Assembly (NCBI RefSeq): GCF_037042905.1 | Contig: NC_087245.1 | Location: forward strand, 40,054,001-40,118,000 | DNA length: 64,000 bases | DNA from: Lytechinus pictus | Lineage: Eukaryota | Direction: 5' to 3' | In this document: in pieces, positions 12,001 to 23,501 of the stretch | Numbering within the stretch: the first letter of the stretch is position 1 | How the letters are laid out: every line of letters begins with the position of its first letter | The notes under the pieces: model-generated | Told to the model about the DNA's origin: nothing | The model's input: only the letters and a program-made list of their open reading frames with translations | The model's database searches: none | Program-made: the position numbers and the translations under genes

Positions 12001-15000
12001 ATGACGGGCAGATATAAGGCCAGGAACTAGGATTAAAAATTGGGAGATATCGATGATGGTTATTTTTCATTTTTTTGTTACGGAAAGCATGAAGACAGAT
12101 GATATCATGTCCTCTATAAATGTACAATTTGATTTTCCCAAATTCTACTGTGAACTTATTTTAGATCTTGTTTACTCACAAATTTGGGCAAAGCTGGTTT
12201 TTAGCGGTGGCCCAGGGAAGCAGAAATTCATCTCAGGAAACATATTGACAATTATTAAGTTATGGTGGCTCGATCCAGGTAATCAACAGTTTTATGTGTG
12301 CATTTGCTTTTCAGATCTTGCATAGATTTTGTCAACTCTCTGCAAGTCTTGTTTTATTTCAACCAGCAGGGGCGCTGATCCTAATTTGGATTGGGGGTAA
12401 GTTGAAGTGAAAAAATGTCAACAATTTCTCTAAAATAATTTGGCATGCAGAGTGCACCAAATTATTATAGGGCAATTCCATAAAATAATCAACCTTTTTT
12501 GTACGTCTGACCCCATTTTTTCTCATGGTCATTTGACAGCATTTACAGACTGTCATAGGAACCAGAAATCAGAGACAGAAAATTTCATGAAGGTCCCACA
12601 CAAAGGGGGTCGGACGTATATATCTCATGGAATTACCCAATACATAATTTCGCATACAGAGTGAGCTGAAAAAAATGTATTATTTTGGATGTTTAATAGA
12701 ATGTTTACACTAAATTTATTGGTTTTTTAGAGCTTTCCAAGGCTTTTCAAAAAATATATTTGCATTGCATATACATGTCGACCAAAAATATTTTAATTTA
12801 TGATTAGGTGGATCAAAGCATCCGACAACACAAAGTCAGCATGCCTATGCACAACATTGAGAGGGGGACCCCAGATTTTTAAATGCACATTCATATGTTA
12901 CAAACGAATAGCTTTGTCTCACACATGCATGTTCTTTCAACAACAATCTTGTCACATTACTTTCTTTATTGGCATTGTTTTTGTCTCTTTTGGGGCTTAT
13001 TTCATGCCCTAGGAGTCTCATCAGTCACTGGATTTTAAAAGCTCAAAGTTAAAGAACATCTTAGCCATGAGGCTCCTAAAGAGTAACAAGTGGAACGCCT
13101 CTGGCAGTCTCGCCTGCATTACGCGATTTAATATAGCAGCAGTGCTAACTTTGAAAACTACTATAAAATAATCATTCACAAAAACACCATTCATATAATG
13201 ACATAATACCACATTCATTGACCATAAATGACATTTGAACAGTGACTTAAGGACGTTCCACAGTTAAAGTGAAATCCATGTCATTTTCACCAAACTTTGC
13301 ACATAGATACTTTAGAACCTTAATATTCGAAATATGCAAAAATTAACATAGGTCCATGTGCTTGATTTTTTGCTATAGAGCTTCAAAGTTCACCCAAATT
13401 GATGTTTTTAAGAATTGCGCATTCAAAAGAATTTGGCATTTTTAGACCGCCCAAGATTACTACAATGAGTTAAAACCTCTATTACTCAGTCAAAATACAT
13501 GAAAAAGTCATCAAATTTCGCAAGAGAGTTAATAATTGTATCGTTAGAATGGAGAATATATTTATAGTTCTATTTGTTTGCAATTTTAAGTTTAACAGCA
13601 CTGTCAGTTCTCAAAAATGGCGTAAAAGATAACAAAATCCCAATCTAAAAAATGTAAAATTTCAGTAACAAACTACAAACGTACAATAAATGCTGCACTT
13701 TATTCAAAATCCATGTCATTTTCACCAAAATTTGCAGAGTTGAAGAGGAAGGTATACCTAAGAGGTACAAACATTAAAAAATAGGGGTTCATGTGCTTGT
13801 TTTTAAACTATCACCATTTTTATTAGAGCAAATGTGCTTTTTAAAACACCAAAAATGCGCCGAATGCTTAGTATCTATGTGAAGAAAAAATCAAAACCAC
13901 TCTACCATTTATTCAAACTCGGGCTAATATTCGTGATTCTTGGCAGCACTGCAGAGTAAAGTATTTTGAAATTGTAGAGAATATTTTTTTGAATGGTCCA
14001 TGGGATAATTCCATTTTTTATATTCATGAAATAACGCATCGGATCTGCAGTTAAAGTGCAGAAGATGAGAAAAATCAGCTCATACCCGCAGCTAATTAAT
14101 CACCTGTTCATCCATTGTGACGTCAGCGCGCAGAGTGTAAATTATGCGCAGATCATAATGTGCACAAACATAACTGTGGAACGTCCTTAAGACTTGTCAA
14201 CTACACCGATGTCCACATTTCATTCACTCTATCCATAAACTTTCAAAGTTATGATGGCAATTAAACAATTACCCCAACATGGCCTAAGTTTATTGACCTT
14301 TAATGACCTTTGACCATGGTCATGTGACCTGAAACTCCTACAGGATGTTTAGTGATACTTGATTACTCTTATGTCCAAGTTTTATGAACTAGATGAACCA
14401 TAAACTTTCATAGTTAGGATGGTAATTCAACAAATACCCCCAACATGGCCAAAGTTTATTGACCTTTAATGACCTTTCACCATGGTCATGTGACCTGAAA
14501 CTCGTACAGGATGTTCAGTGATACTTGATTACTCTTATGTCCAAGTTTTATGAACTAGATCCATAAACTTTCAGAGTTAGGATGGTAATTTAACAAATAC
14601 CCCCAACATGGCCAAAGTTTATTGACCTTAAATGACCATTGACCATGGTCATGTGACCTGAAACTCGCACAGGATATTCATTGGTACTTGATTAACCTAA
14701 TGTCCAAGTTTCATGAACTAGATCCATAAATTTTCAAAGTTATGATAGTAATTCAACAAATACCCCCAACTTGACCAAAGTTCATTGACCCTAAATGACC
14801 TTTGACCTTAGTCATGTGACCTGAAACTCGAGCAGGATGTTCACTAATACTTGATCAACCTTATGCCCAAGTTTCATGAACTAGGTCCATATACTTTCTA
14901 AGTTATGATGTCATTTCAAAAACTTAACCTTCGGTTAAGATTTTGAAAATAATTCTCCCAACATGGTCTAAGTTCATTGACCCTAAATGACCTTTGACCT

Positions 15001-18000
15001 TGGTCATGTGACCTGAAACTCAGGCAGGATGTTCAGTAATACTTGATTAACCGTATGTCCAAGTTTCATGAACTAGGTCCATATACTTTCTAAGTTATGA
15101 TGTCATTTCAAAAACTTAACCATAGGTTAAGATTTTATGTTGACGCCGCCGCCGCCGTCGGAAAAGCGGCGCCTATAGTCTCGCTCTGCTATGCAGGCGA
15201 GACAAAAATCATTCACTAACATATGCTTACTTCTCCACGGAGCCAGGAATTGCGTCCCATTCATGTGCGTGTACTGCGAAAAAAAATGAAATTTTCGCTC
15301 CCAAGATTTCTACTTTCCAGTTTCCTTCTAAAAGATCTAGCCCTAAAGCCTAAATCGTGTTATCCTATTTACACGGTGTAAATAGGATAAAACTTCATTT
15401 CCGACATTTCTATATTATTGATTTCATTATCGATGCAAGTATTTTACGATTCATGATATTTCTTGGCCGATGAAAGTATTTTTAAAATCTAAGTTGGCAC
15501 TGCTCATGATATTGTCCCCCTCTATACGCATCTTGTATCTGGGCTACGATAACAAAGACGGCAAGATGGCGACAATAACAGGCTGTAAGTGAAACGATAC
15601 TGCTCTTAATTATTTAAGTAAACGATCCTGCTCTTAAAAGAAAACGAGTATTTTGGTGTGCATACAGCAATGGCATCCCGTCCCTGGCTCCGTGAAGAGT
15701 AAGCCTACATTAGTAGAATGACTTTTACTCTCCAGGGGTCCGTTTCTCAACACCGTCATAAGACTAACTTCTTGACTAAATTGGAGATAGTGAGCTACTT
15801 GTCCGCTAACCGTTTCACGAAGCCCTCTTTGCCAAGATCGGGGACAACAACCTGACTAAATATTTATGACACCTCTGAACCTGTCATAACTTCTTTTTTA
15901 ATGACGTAGTGGCATCACGTGGGTAGACTATGACATGCAAATGTGCCTCAAAATTTGAAAATTATAATCTTACGTAATCAATCATAGAAGTTGAAATTAC
16001 ATTGCAAAGCAGGTGTGATAGATAATTCGATAATAATTGTAAGGCACGAAAACTATAAAACTGTTGGTAAAACGCAACAAAACCATTCATTTTGAAATAG
16101 TAAAATAATTGAATTAATAAAGATTCTACCACGTCAGGTCATCCATAACTTGACTCGTATTTGTTGTTTTCGGACCCTTATCAACATTTTGATAAATTTT
16201 ATCTCTAATTTATGCAAAGAATTTGTCAAATAGTGTGTTTCGGTAAAATTTTAAAAATTTATGTTCAACTATTTTTTGATGACGTTTGGAACCATAAATA
16301 AACGTATAATTATCATTATTTTACAAAGAAAACCATTTTGGTTTACTTCTGTAAACTATCAAAATTTACTGTCCCGGGGGTACCCATCTCAACGTCCACA
16401 TGGCACATGTGATTTTTAAGTCATGAAAATGAATTATTCATAATTTCATTTTCTCAGCAATTGTATGCTCCAGTCTTCATAGTTTATGCATGGTACATAT
16501 TTTGCCTCTGCTAGTATTATTTTGATTAGATGTATTTCGAAATTCATTACAATAATTGCAGTTTTATCATATTTTTGCTTTATAAAAAATTATGCTATTT
16601 TGTGATTAAGGCTATAAATATAATATGTCTCGTATATCACTATATACTAGTATCGATAAAGGTATTCTAGTTAGGTTAGGAAGCCGGCAGGAAGCCTTTT
16701 GTGAAACAGGTTTAGTAAGATTGGAACTAACTGTAACTCCGTTTGTCCGTGGTTGGTGGATAAAGATATGACTAACTTGTCCAGGTGTTGAGAAACGGGC
16801 CCCAGGAGCTTCCTGGCTACTACTATGGACTGGGCCGGGCTCCGGCCCGCGAAGCTAAGCGGGCCGCACTGACACGTATTGCGAGGTTAGTACAGTAGTA
16901 GTAGTATAGTCACGTATTGTATTACCGGACACTATGATTCCGGAGTCCGGACGCGCATATTACTGCGTTCTAAAACAATTTTGTACCGTAAGACTTCCGC
17001 AATTCAATTTCACATAGCAATACATAAAACAAAATTGCAAAAACAAGGCGAAAAAATCCAACTTTTACATTATTTATCTCTAAAATGACAGAAAATGCTT
17101 AAAATATCATATTACATAGTTTTGCATTAACAATTGATATATTTTCTAACGGAAATATGGGCCTGATTTGCCGAATTTCAATCTCGTCCACTCTTTCGAT
17201 CGAATGATGAGGTGTGGGTGATCGTCGACGGCTAGTTCTCAAGGTACCCGTGCGCGAGGTTTACCGTGAGTAGAGCCGTCGATCGGCAGCGCGCATCGAT
17301 AGAACTTGATGAGCGAGCGTCACGATACGAACGCGAGCATATATTATTGGAAAGTGCCATGGAACATGCAGCTAACAAGAAAAAATAAAATAAGTTATCA
17401 AACACGAATTTATTACCAACATCTGCTCAGATTCGATATAAAAAGCAAATAAAAACTTAGAATTTACTCATGATATGATTATAAGAAGAACAAAATCACA
17501 CAAATTTGTTCTTACATCATTATAATCAAGGATATCTTTACCCGTCCGGCGCGTCCGGAATCATGATGTAATTTGTCGCGCACGAAAATAATTGTTTTTC
17601 GTGGAGGGGTATGCGGCAAATGCGATGCAAAGAAAATGGTTGGTAAATATAAAATAATTTTATCATATTCATAATTTTCATAATATTTGGAATAGCAAGT
17701 GTGAATTTTTTCTTGATTTTATTTCCTGTAGTTGTCATTTTTTAAGACAAGACAAGACAAGAAGACAAGACAATAGGATACACTGCCATACTAGTAGTAC
17801 GGTCCGTAGACCAAAAGCTTCAGTCTCTGTATTTTGGTTGTTCCGCTGAACTGCGTTGGCTCACTCACCATACATAGACTGAAGCGGAGGGGGCCCCTAC
17901 CTACAGCCAACGTATAGTGAACTAGCGTTTTATAGATCGCGATTTAAAACTTTTTTTAGGCAAAATTGACATTTTCATGGTTTCCATTATCAGTGTAATA

Positions 18001-20886
18001 TAGATAACTTAAGCTAATTGCATACCTTGGGCCGGAGTTATTGAAAAAAATCCTCTGGATGATTGAGAAATCTGTCATCTAAGACATTTTCACCTGACCT
18101 GACGGTTTTTTCTTGCAAGTTGCCATCTTGAATGACGTCATTATCGTTATTAACTTTTTCATGTCTCGATTTATCGCGATTATAACTAGTATCGTTTATC
18201 TTCGTGTAGTGTATCGTATCGTATTATTTTATTCGTATATTGCCATGTATAACGTTAGGTGTGCTTGTGTCCCTTTTTAGGTCTGAATATCAAAGATTTT
18301 CAGCTCGCGCTTGGCGCTCGCATTATTTTTTATCAGTAATATACATATCCGTTTAATGGCACTGCCCTTAAAATGCCTCTATTAGTATACTCATTTTTTT
18401 TTGCTGGTCCCCCCATGCCGTGACACACGGTACGCCACTGTATGGCCAATGCACTAATGTCAACGTAAGCACGGACTGGAAATGTTTTATATTTAGACCT
18501 TAAATGCGGCAAATGTAGTAGTCATTAAAAAAAATCAATGTCACTACATACAATAATTTTGAAAAATCCGAATACAAGGAAATATATTTGGTGTATATTT
18601 ATGGACTTGGAAACGGGATGATTTAGAACCATTTAATCTCCTTAAACAGGATTATTTATCTCATCAAACAGACAACGCAAGCACCAGTAGGGACTAACAT
18701 TTAAGCAAATTATGTTTCATAAATAGTTCTGAAATAAAAATACACGTAATATAATTTCATATATTATAACATACTTTGTATTTTTCTCTCTGTGTTTTTC
18801 TTTCTTTCACTGCGCCTCGGGCACCCTGCCGAGTGGATTTGGCGCATTACACATCCATTATTATTATCATTATAACATAGGTCGACAATAATTCTTCTTT
18901 AACCCCACTTTCTTTCTTCCTTTCTCTTTCTCTCCTTTTTTTTCTTGCCAGCCGATTGGGTGGATCTGAATTGGCGTTCACTCTGTGTAGCATTAATTGG
19001 TCTGATTGTCTTTAAAGTTTTGCGTTTTTAGAATAGTTAGACCTAAAGGTCCTACATGAGAGTATAAAGGTCAATATGGATCTAATATTACGAGTCGTCT
19101 TAAACAAGCAGTATAGCCTCTATTGTGGTGATAATAGCGACGCAAAGGAGACACTCCCCTTTCCTTCAAATTTGAATGGTTCGATGATAAAGCCTATAAT
19201 TGGAGCCCTCAAATAACACTTTGAATAGATAGCTATTGCAGAATTTTAACATCATTTCTTAGAGTTTGTTCCCCCTTTTTTTTTTGGGGGGGGGGGGGTG
19301 TTTGAAGGTTTCTTAATCAGACATTTAAATATGATAGGTATAAAGATGTTGGAAATGTCTTTTCAAAATTGACTCATATCCCCCTGAGACGACAATCATA
19401 GCAACTCTGTACAGCGATTTGAACGTATAGGCCTATACGAGAAGATCCAGGACTTGACTGTGTGGATTGCAATAATCGACGTTATACTTAATTTCAGTCA
19501 GTGTTCACATAGAAAAGATTTAAAAACATTGAAATAAACAAATGCATTCAATGTGGCCAGTCATCAGAATAGCCCAACACAAAATAAATAGTGTAAAATG
19601 AAAGAAGAATAGAAAGAATAAGGTGTAAATAAACGTAATAAATTGTGTATTTGATTTAACTGGGACTGTATGTCTGGTCAGTTGGAGTAGTGGTCTATGG
19701 GAACTTCTAACCTATAAAAATATTTTCTGTTAAAATCATTTTTTCACTCATTTTATGTTCAGTGTTAGACTAGTATGCAGATATAGCATCATATAAGTGT
19801 TTTAGTGCCATTTGATATTCAATTGAAACGATTATGTAGTATAAATAGGCCATATGTTTATACTGCTTGAATTTAAGTGATCCACAAACCTAGATCTGGG
19901 TCTAAACGATGAAAGCTGCATTTTGAATGTCAAAGTTAATACTACGGTAGTTATCATTTTCCCAATATTTTATAATAAAGTAGGCCTATTAAAAAATTAA
20001 TAACCTTTGATTTCCATATCGGAAAGACGGTGAAAATCGCCGACTTTCCATGTCCAGTGGGGAGCTGGACCCACAGGTCTCTCCCGTCCTCCAAACACTG
20101 TAGCGCTTCCCGCTGGTCAGGCTTGAGAGTGAAGTGTTCCCCGAATATCCCCTTGGCTACAGCATCCATCATGCAGGCCTTTCGTTTATGCTGCTTGAAC
20201 TAAAGTGATCGTTTGATTGTCGTCTGCTACTTGTGATCGTAGCGGTTTCGCTCGCATAAGGAGCAGATCGTATAATATCGAAAGCAATATCGATATCACA
20301 TTCGTGATTGTTGACGCCCTCTCCGTTCGTTTGTAAATATTTCACAGTTTGGCTGCCATATTGACTATTTTGATCGTGTTCAACCCAATTAAACATCGGT
20401 AAAGTATAATTTTTCATGCCTTTTAATCTATATCGTTTAAAATATTGTCTTCACTAAATATCATGGTTTAAAAGTTTGATGGCTATACATCCTTAGATTG
20501 TAAATTCGATGTGTAAAATTACATCAAACTTTGGACTGTGAATTGACAAAAGGGTGGGAATGAGAAAACATGTGAGCCCACACGTACACCCTACCGTCGG
20601 TTAATGGGGATTACAGTAAAATGTCAGAAATTGTTGAATAAATCCCCAGAAACGACGGTTATTCCTGTCTATACGGTCCGGAGCTTTCTGCTCTGCATGC
20701 ACCAGCGCGGCGCCGCGCCGCTAATATAATGAATGATCACTTATAAAAATGTTTGTTACCTTTCGGAGCGACAAGAAAATCTTCTTTCTTTTTCCTTTCT
20801 TCTGATCCTTCGATACCATTTATAAGAGGACATTGTTCGTGAGAGTCGTGCAAGCCAGCATCATTTTCACAAATATTCCCAGACAT
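2827..20886 (-). CDS. SLC17A5: SLC17-family (sialin-like) MFS anion transporter, 10 coding exons, 544 aa: join(20886-20760,12026-11839,10576-10343,9727-9640,8750-8655,7993-7869,6737-6588,5865-5733,4801-4560,3078-2827)
   Basis: All introns are GT-AG with consistent phases; the total of 1635 nt is open. Motifs [76 protein letters not shown] and GELQPWA are typical of SLC17/sialin. The symbol is a best-similarity call; orthology versus invertebrate paralogues is unproven. Confidence 0.9.
3171..3378. repeat. Dispersed repeat; second copy in opposite orientation at 58440-58640
   Basis: GCTCCTGTGATATTGCTCC...GAGCGATTGTCGCCAGAGCAA matches the reverse complement of CTCCGGCGACAATTGCTCC...GGAGCAAATGTCGCAGGAGC. 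Confidence 0.65.
3467..3960 (-). mobile_element. LINE 3' end fragment
   Basis: [14 protein letters not shown] ORF2 C-terminus, AATAAA and a (TTGAA)n tail on the minus strand. Confidence 0.7.
4560..4801 (-). CDS. SLC17A5: SLC17 coding exon 9
   Basis: tgcag|GT acceptor, GAG|GTAAT donor; encodes GLVLPAVFL...[21 protein letters not shown]. Confidence 0.95.
4858..5090. mobile_element. MITE with TAGRG termini (hAT-like)
   Basis: TAGGGACAGTGATTTTCC...GGAAAATCACTGTCTCTA inverted repeats. Confidence 0.7.
5268..5469 (-). mobile_element. SINE 3' portion (Deu-domain/L2-tail type)
   Basis: CTCGACCCAGGTGAGGTGAATG core, AAAGCGCTTTATAAAT tail motif and (TTA)n end on the minus strand. Confidence 0.65.
5733..5865 (-). 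CDS. SLC17A5: SLC17 coding exon 8
   Basis: ttcag|AGT acceptor, TAG|GTAAG donor; encodes [10 protein letters not shown]...ADFLR...RKLMNTL. Confidence 0.95.
6588..6737 (-). CDS. SLC17A5: SLC17 coding exon 7
   Basis: aacag|AAA acceptor (an alternative in-frame AAG acceptor would start the exon at 6728), CAA|GTAAG donor; encodes KVPWLQML...[11 protein letters not shown]. Confidence 0.9.
7130..7470 (+). mobile_element. LINE 3' UTR remnant (CR1/Crack-like)
   Basis: GGGGATCCAC..TACAAGC..GCTTTT..GTGGATCCCC stem-loop resembling that of the LINE at ~25585; AATAAA followed by a (CTTGAA)n tail. Confidence 0.6.
7540..7825. mobile_element. hAT-like MITE (GGCGGATCCA family)
   Basis: CACTGGCGGATCCA...TGGATCCGCCCCTG with a perfect 8-bp TSD ATCATCAG. 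Confidence 0.85.
7869..7993 (-). CDS. SLC17A5: SLC17 coding exon 6
   Basis: tccag|GT acceptor, AAG|GTATG donor; encodes [11 protein letters not shown]...[13 protein letters not shown]. Confidence 0.95.
8223..8513. mobile_element. hAT-like MITE (GGCGGATCCA family)
   Basis: CAGGGGCGGATCCAGG...GGATCCGCCAGTG; TSD TTTCTGAT/TTCCTGAT; homologous to 30809-31082. Confidence 0.85.
8655..8750 (-). CDS. SLC17A5: SLC17 coding exon 5
   Basis: tacag|GT acceptor, TTG|GTAAG donor; encodes [32 protein letters not shown]. Confidence 0.95.
9344..9494. mobile_element. Harbinger-like MITE
   Basis: CAGGGGCCCGTCGCAGGAAGAGTTGCG...CGCAACTCTTTCTGCAACAGGCCCCTG. Confidence 0.8.
9640..9727 (-). CDS. SLC17A5: SLC17 coding exon 4
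   Basis: aatag|GGT acceptor, CAG|GTAAG donor; encodes [29 protein letters not shown]. Confidence 0.95.
10195..10321. mobile_element. Harbinger-like MITE, same family as 47-198
   Basis: CTGGGGAGCGTTTCAT...ATGAAAAGCTCCCCTG; shares the TTGTCGGAC motifs. Confidence 0.75.
10343..10576 (-). CDS. SLC17A5: SLC17 coding exon 3
   Basis: gacag|GAA acceptor, GAG|GTGAG donor; encodes EGEFNWD...[14 protein letters not shown]...RVIAGIGE. Confidence 0.95.
10600..11020 (+). repeat. Degenerate purine-rich minisatellite (~55-bp unit)
   Basis: Recurring GATGAGCTCAAAGATAAGTAGTGGTAAAGGGA. Confidence 0.7.
11297..11825. mobile_element. MITE with CCGGGG termini and 8-bp TSD
   Basis: TIR GGGGGGCACTTCCA(C/T)TGACGAGTGGATACCATGCGTG; TSD TTCTAGAT on both sides; partial relative near 34770-34992. 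Confidence 0.85.
11839..12026 (-). CDS. SLC17A5: SLC17 coding exon 2 (TM1)
   Basis: cctag|TT acceptor, AAG|GTAGG donor; encodes [31 protein letters not shown]. Confidence 0.92.
13085..15208 (-). mobile_element. Helentron/HINE-like non-autonomous element with internal ~163-bp tandem repeats
   Basis: Subterminal inverted repeats GTCTCGCCTGCA/TGCAGGCGAGAC, terminal hairpin and T-run end; 5-6 repeat units in 14225-15130; second copy at 44109-44693. Confidence 0.7.
13251..14186. mobile_element. Kolobok-like non-autonomous transposon, 936 bp, TTAA TSD
   Basis: TTAA|GGACGTTCCACAGTTA...TAACTGTGGAACGTCC|TTAA; near-identical to 41172-42107. Confidence 0.9.
15222..15707. mobile_element. MITE, possibly Academ-type (TA..TA termini)
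   Basis: GCTTACTTCTCCACGGAGCCAGG...CCTGGCTCCGTGAAGAGTAAGC imperfect TIR. Confidence 0.65.
15733..16805. mobile_element. Harbinger-like non-autonomous element (CAG TSD)
   Basis: CAG|GGGTCCGTTTCTCAACAC...GTGTTGAGAAACGGGCCC|CAG. Confidence 0.85.
19954..20172 (-). pseudogene. RecQ-like SF2 helicase N-terminal fragment (probably transposon-derived)
   Basis: LKPDQREAL (Q-motif), then [15 protein letters not shown] (Walker A / motif I); no downstream helicase motifs found. Confidence 0.7.
20760..20886 (-). CDS. SLC17A5: SLC17 coding exon 1 ([42 protein letters not shown])
   Basis: caaaATG context; AAAG|GTAAC donor in phase 1 matches exon 2; contains the ExxxLI dileucine motif. Confidence 0.75.
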
Positions 20887-22539
20887 TTTGAAGAGCTAAA
20901 GAATAAGGTTAAACTTTTTTCCTCCAGAAACTAGTCAAGAGTAGACACAAGTCAGCTGATCGATCGACTCGGACTGAAGTTCCAAAACATAAATCCCGGA
21001 CCCGGGACATAAATTTAGCCTCTGTGTATGAGATCCGGGTGCGAATGAGATCAAAAATGATTTGGTGAAGTCTATTCGAAAAACAAAAAAACAAATAGAA
21101 ATTGTAATTCTAATAAATATTATAAAACTTTTAGTAGTCTTTTTCATTTCGCAAAATGCCAAAGTTGCATTTACACTATCCTAACGACAACCGTACAATG
21201 CATGTTAAAAAGAAATGGTCAATAACTTCAGCCTTGTTTACAACGGATGTAAATATCATGTGATCTGACCTGACAGAACGTAATCTTTTTGGACACACCC
21301 CCCTCCCCCCCTTCCACCAGGGCGGATCAAGGGGGAGGGGGCAATGGTCGCCACGGGGTTGTCTAATTACTGTGTATTGCCTTTTCATATTGATTTTTTT
21401 TATTTCATTTTTGGGAAAGGCATAGGCCAAATCATGCATGCACGTTTTCCTTTTTTTTTTATAAAGGGTTTAAACGTGTGAAGAAGTTTGGGAGAAATGA
21501 TAAGAATGAAAATACAAATGTTAAAAACAAATCTTGACTTTTTCTTTGATTTTTTCTTTCTCTTCTATATAAATACCCTTCTTCATTTCATTATTTTTGC
21601 TATTGAATAACCGGTATAGTAAATGTTTTGCATATTCATTTCTCCTTTTTTTTTTTTTTTTGCTTTTGATTATATAAAGTGCAATTTTCTGTATACTATA
21701 GGACCCCATTTTAAGAGCTCTAGTTGAGCTTTGGGGTTTAACCTGTCAAGCTTAATTTGGAAGCGCTATATACTTATGCAAGATGACAAGTCAAAATACA
21801 AATAAACCCAACCAAACTAATCCCCCGTGTCCATTATGGTGAAAGTGTCAAAATATAAAGAGAAATCAAACAAGAGTGCTGGAGTTTCATGAAAATCGAT
21901 TTTTACTTAGAAGAAATTTGTATTAACTATTCGCGCTTATCTTTTATTTAAATATTTTGTGAATGAAGAGCACCCAGGAAATTCAAAGAAAAGTTGACAC
22001 TTGCAAAACATCATGAAATTTGAAATTTACTGTATCTTATAAAATATTTGTGCTATCATGACGAATTTGATATCAGACCAATGAGTATGTCATGCCCCTT
22101 CATCACATTGCTTTATCATCAGGAGCTGACAAATATTTAGGTGTCATTTTCCCCAAAAAAAATCTTCATATATTAGACAAATTAAAAATAAAATTTGACA
22201 AAAACATTTAATGATTGTGCTAGTTACTTCTTAATACAAACATTTCAGATTACACTTTTTTGTTCAGTGGTGACATATCATGATAGAAAATGTAATATAA
22301 GTCATAGATTTTACATTTATATATTTCTGTGAAACGATGTTTGAAAATATAACAAACAATGGAATACATTTGGCACAAATTTTACTTTTTTTCTTCAAAG
22401 AAAATCTCACCTGAAATATACTTAAATCCCCAAAACATCCAAATCATGTGGAAGAACTTAATACACTCTTTTATTTGATACCAAATTCGTCATGGAAGTA
22501 TTTATATTTCTGAAGATATAGTAAATTTTACGATGTTTG

Positions 22540-22597
22540 GCAAGTGAACAAATTTCACTGAATTTCATGGGTGTATGTATACTTTTGGCCTCAACTG
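22540..22597. mobile_element. Tc1-like terminal inverted repeat (one end), followed by (TA)n
   Basis: The reverse complement reads TA|CAGTTGAGGCCAAAAGTATACATACAC, resembling Tc1/Sleeping Beauty-type ends. Confidence 0.6.
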
Positions 22598-22629
<32 letters not shown>

Positions 22630-23501
22630 ATACGTATGGGCCAGTCAAAATTATCTTATCATATTTCAAAATACTGTATTTATTTTATTATTTTCAGTAG
22701 TATAGGGCGTTACATTTTAAGTGGTTTTGACAATTTCAGCCTTTTTTTTTTTTGGGGGGGGGGCTAGCCTATAGAATCTGCAGCCTCTTTTATTCCCAAC
22801 TTGTTTGTATACAAATATAGGGGAAAATGACAATCCCGACTATTATACATAAAAAAGATGCTGTTTTATTGCTTCTATTAAGATGTACAAAACAAAACAT
22901 TACATTAATTGTAATAGTTGGGAATGGAAATTATCGAAATGAAATGAGTGAAATAAATACTTAATTGTCTTTTGGCTGATAGGAAAAGAAATAATAACAC
23001 TATAGTTAATTGCAACAATGGCGATCATCATGATTTAAGAGGCATCAAACGTCATGGCGAATATTTTTCATTTACATAATGAAATAGGCCCTGCAAAAGA
23101 AATAGTGAATGTATGATGCCATCAGTTCCCATATTTGCTTACTGCCAAGGATTGCCGATAAGTTTTGTGAATTTAACTGATATACAAGCCATAACTTAAG
23201 TCTTATTCAAAATCCGAATTTGTTGACATTTTCATTGTTATGTTTGTTTATTTTTTACGTTTTCTTGTTTGATAGACTTGCCCTTAAAAACAAACAAATT
23301 AATGTGAAAATGTCTGGATTTGATTTGATTTATTAAATGTTCTCTTCTGCATTCATTTGTATGACACATTTTCACATAACATTACAAACGTAAATTATGT
23401 CTACTACTGTATTTATATGAATCATAGAGAAAAAATGGAACATTGATCAAATCGATTTCGAGATATGATTAAGGAGTTAGTTATGGGGGGCAATAGACTA
23501 T

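Noticed and set aside
14225..15130. CRISPR-like array
   Set aside because: The units are full tandem repeats without unique spacers, in a eukaryotic context with no cas genes.
17538..17564. Alternative SLC17 first exon (MIPDAPDG)
   Set aside because: The donor would be phase 2, whereas exon 2 requires phase 1.
21255..21266. CLEAR/TFEB site upstream of the SLC17 gene
   Set aside because: Only TCATGTGA, a single imperfect match expected by chance.
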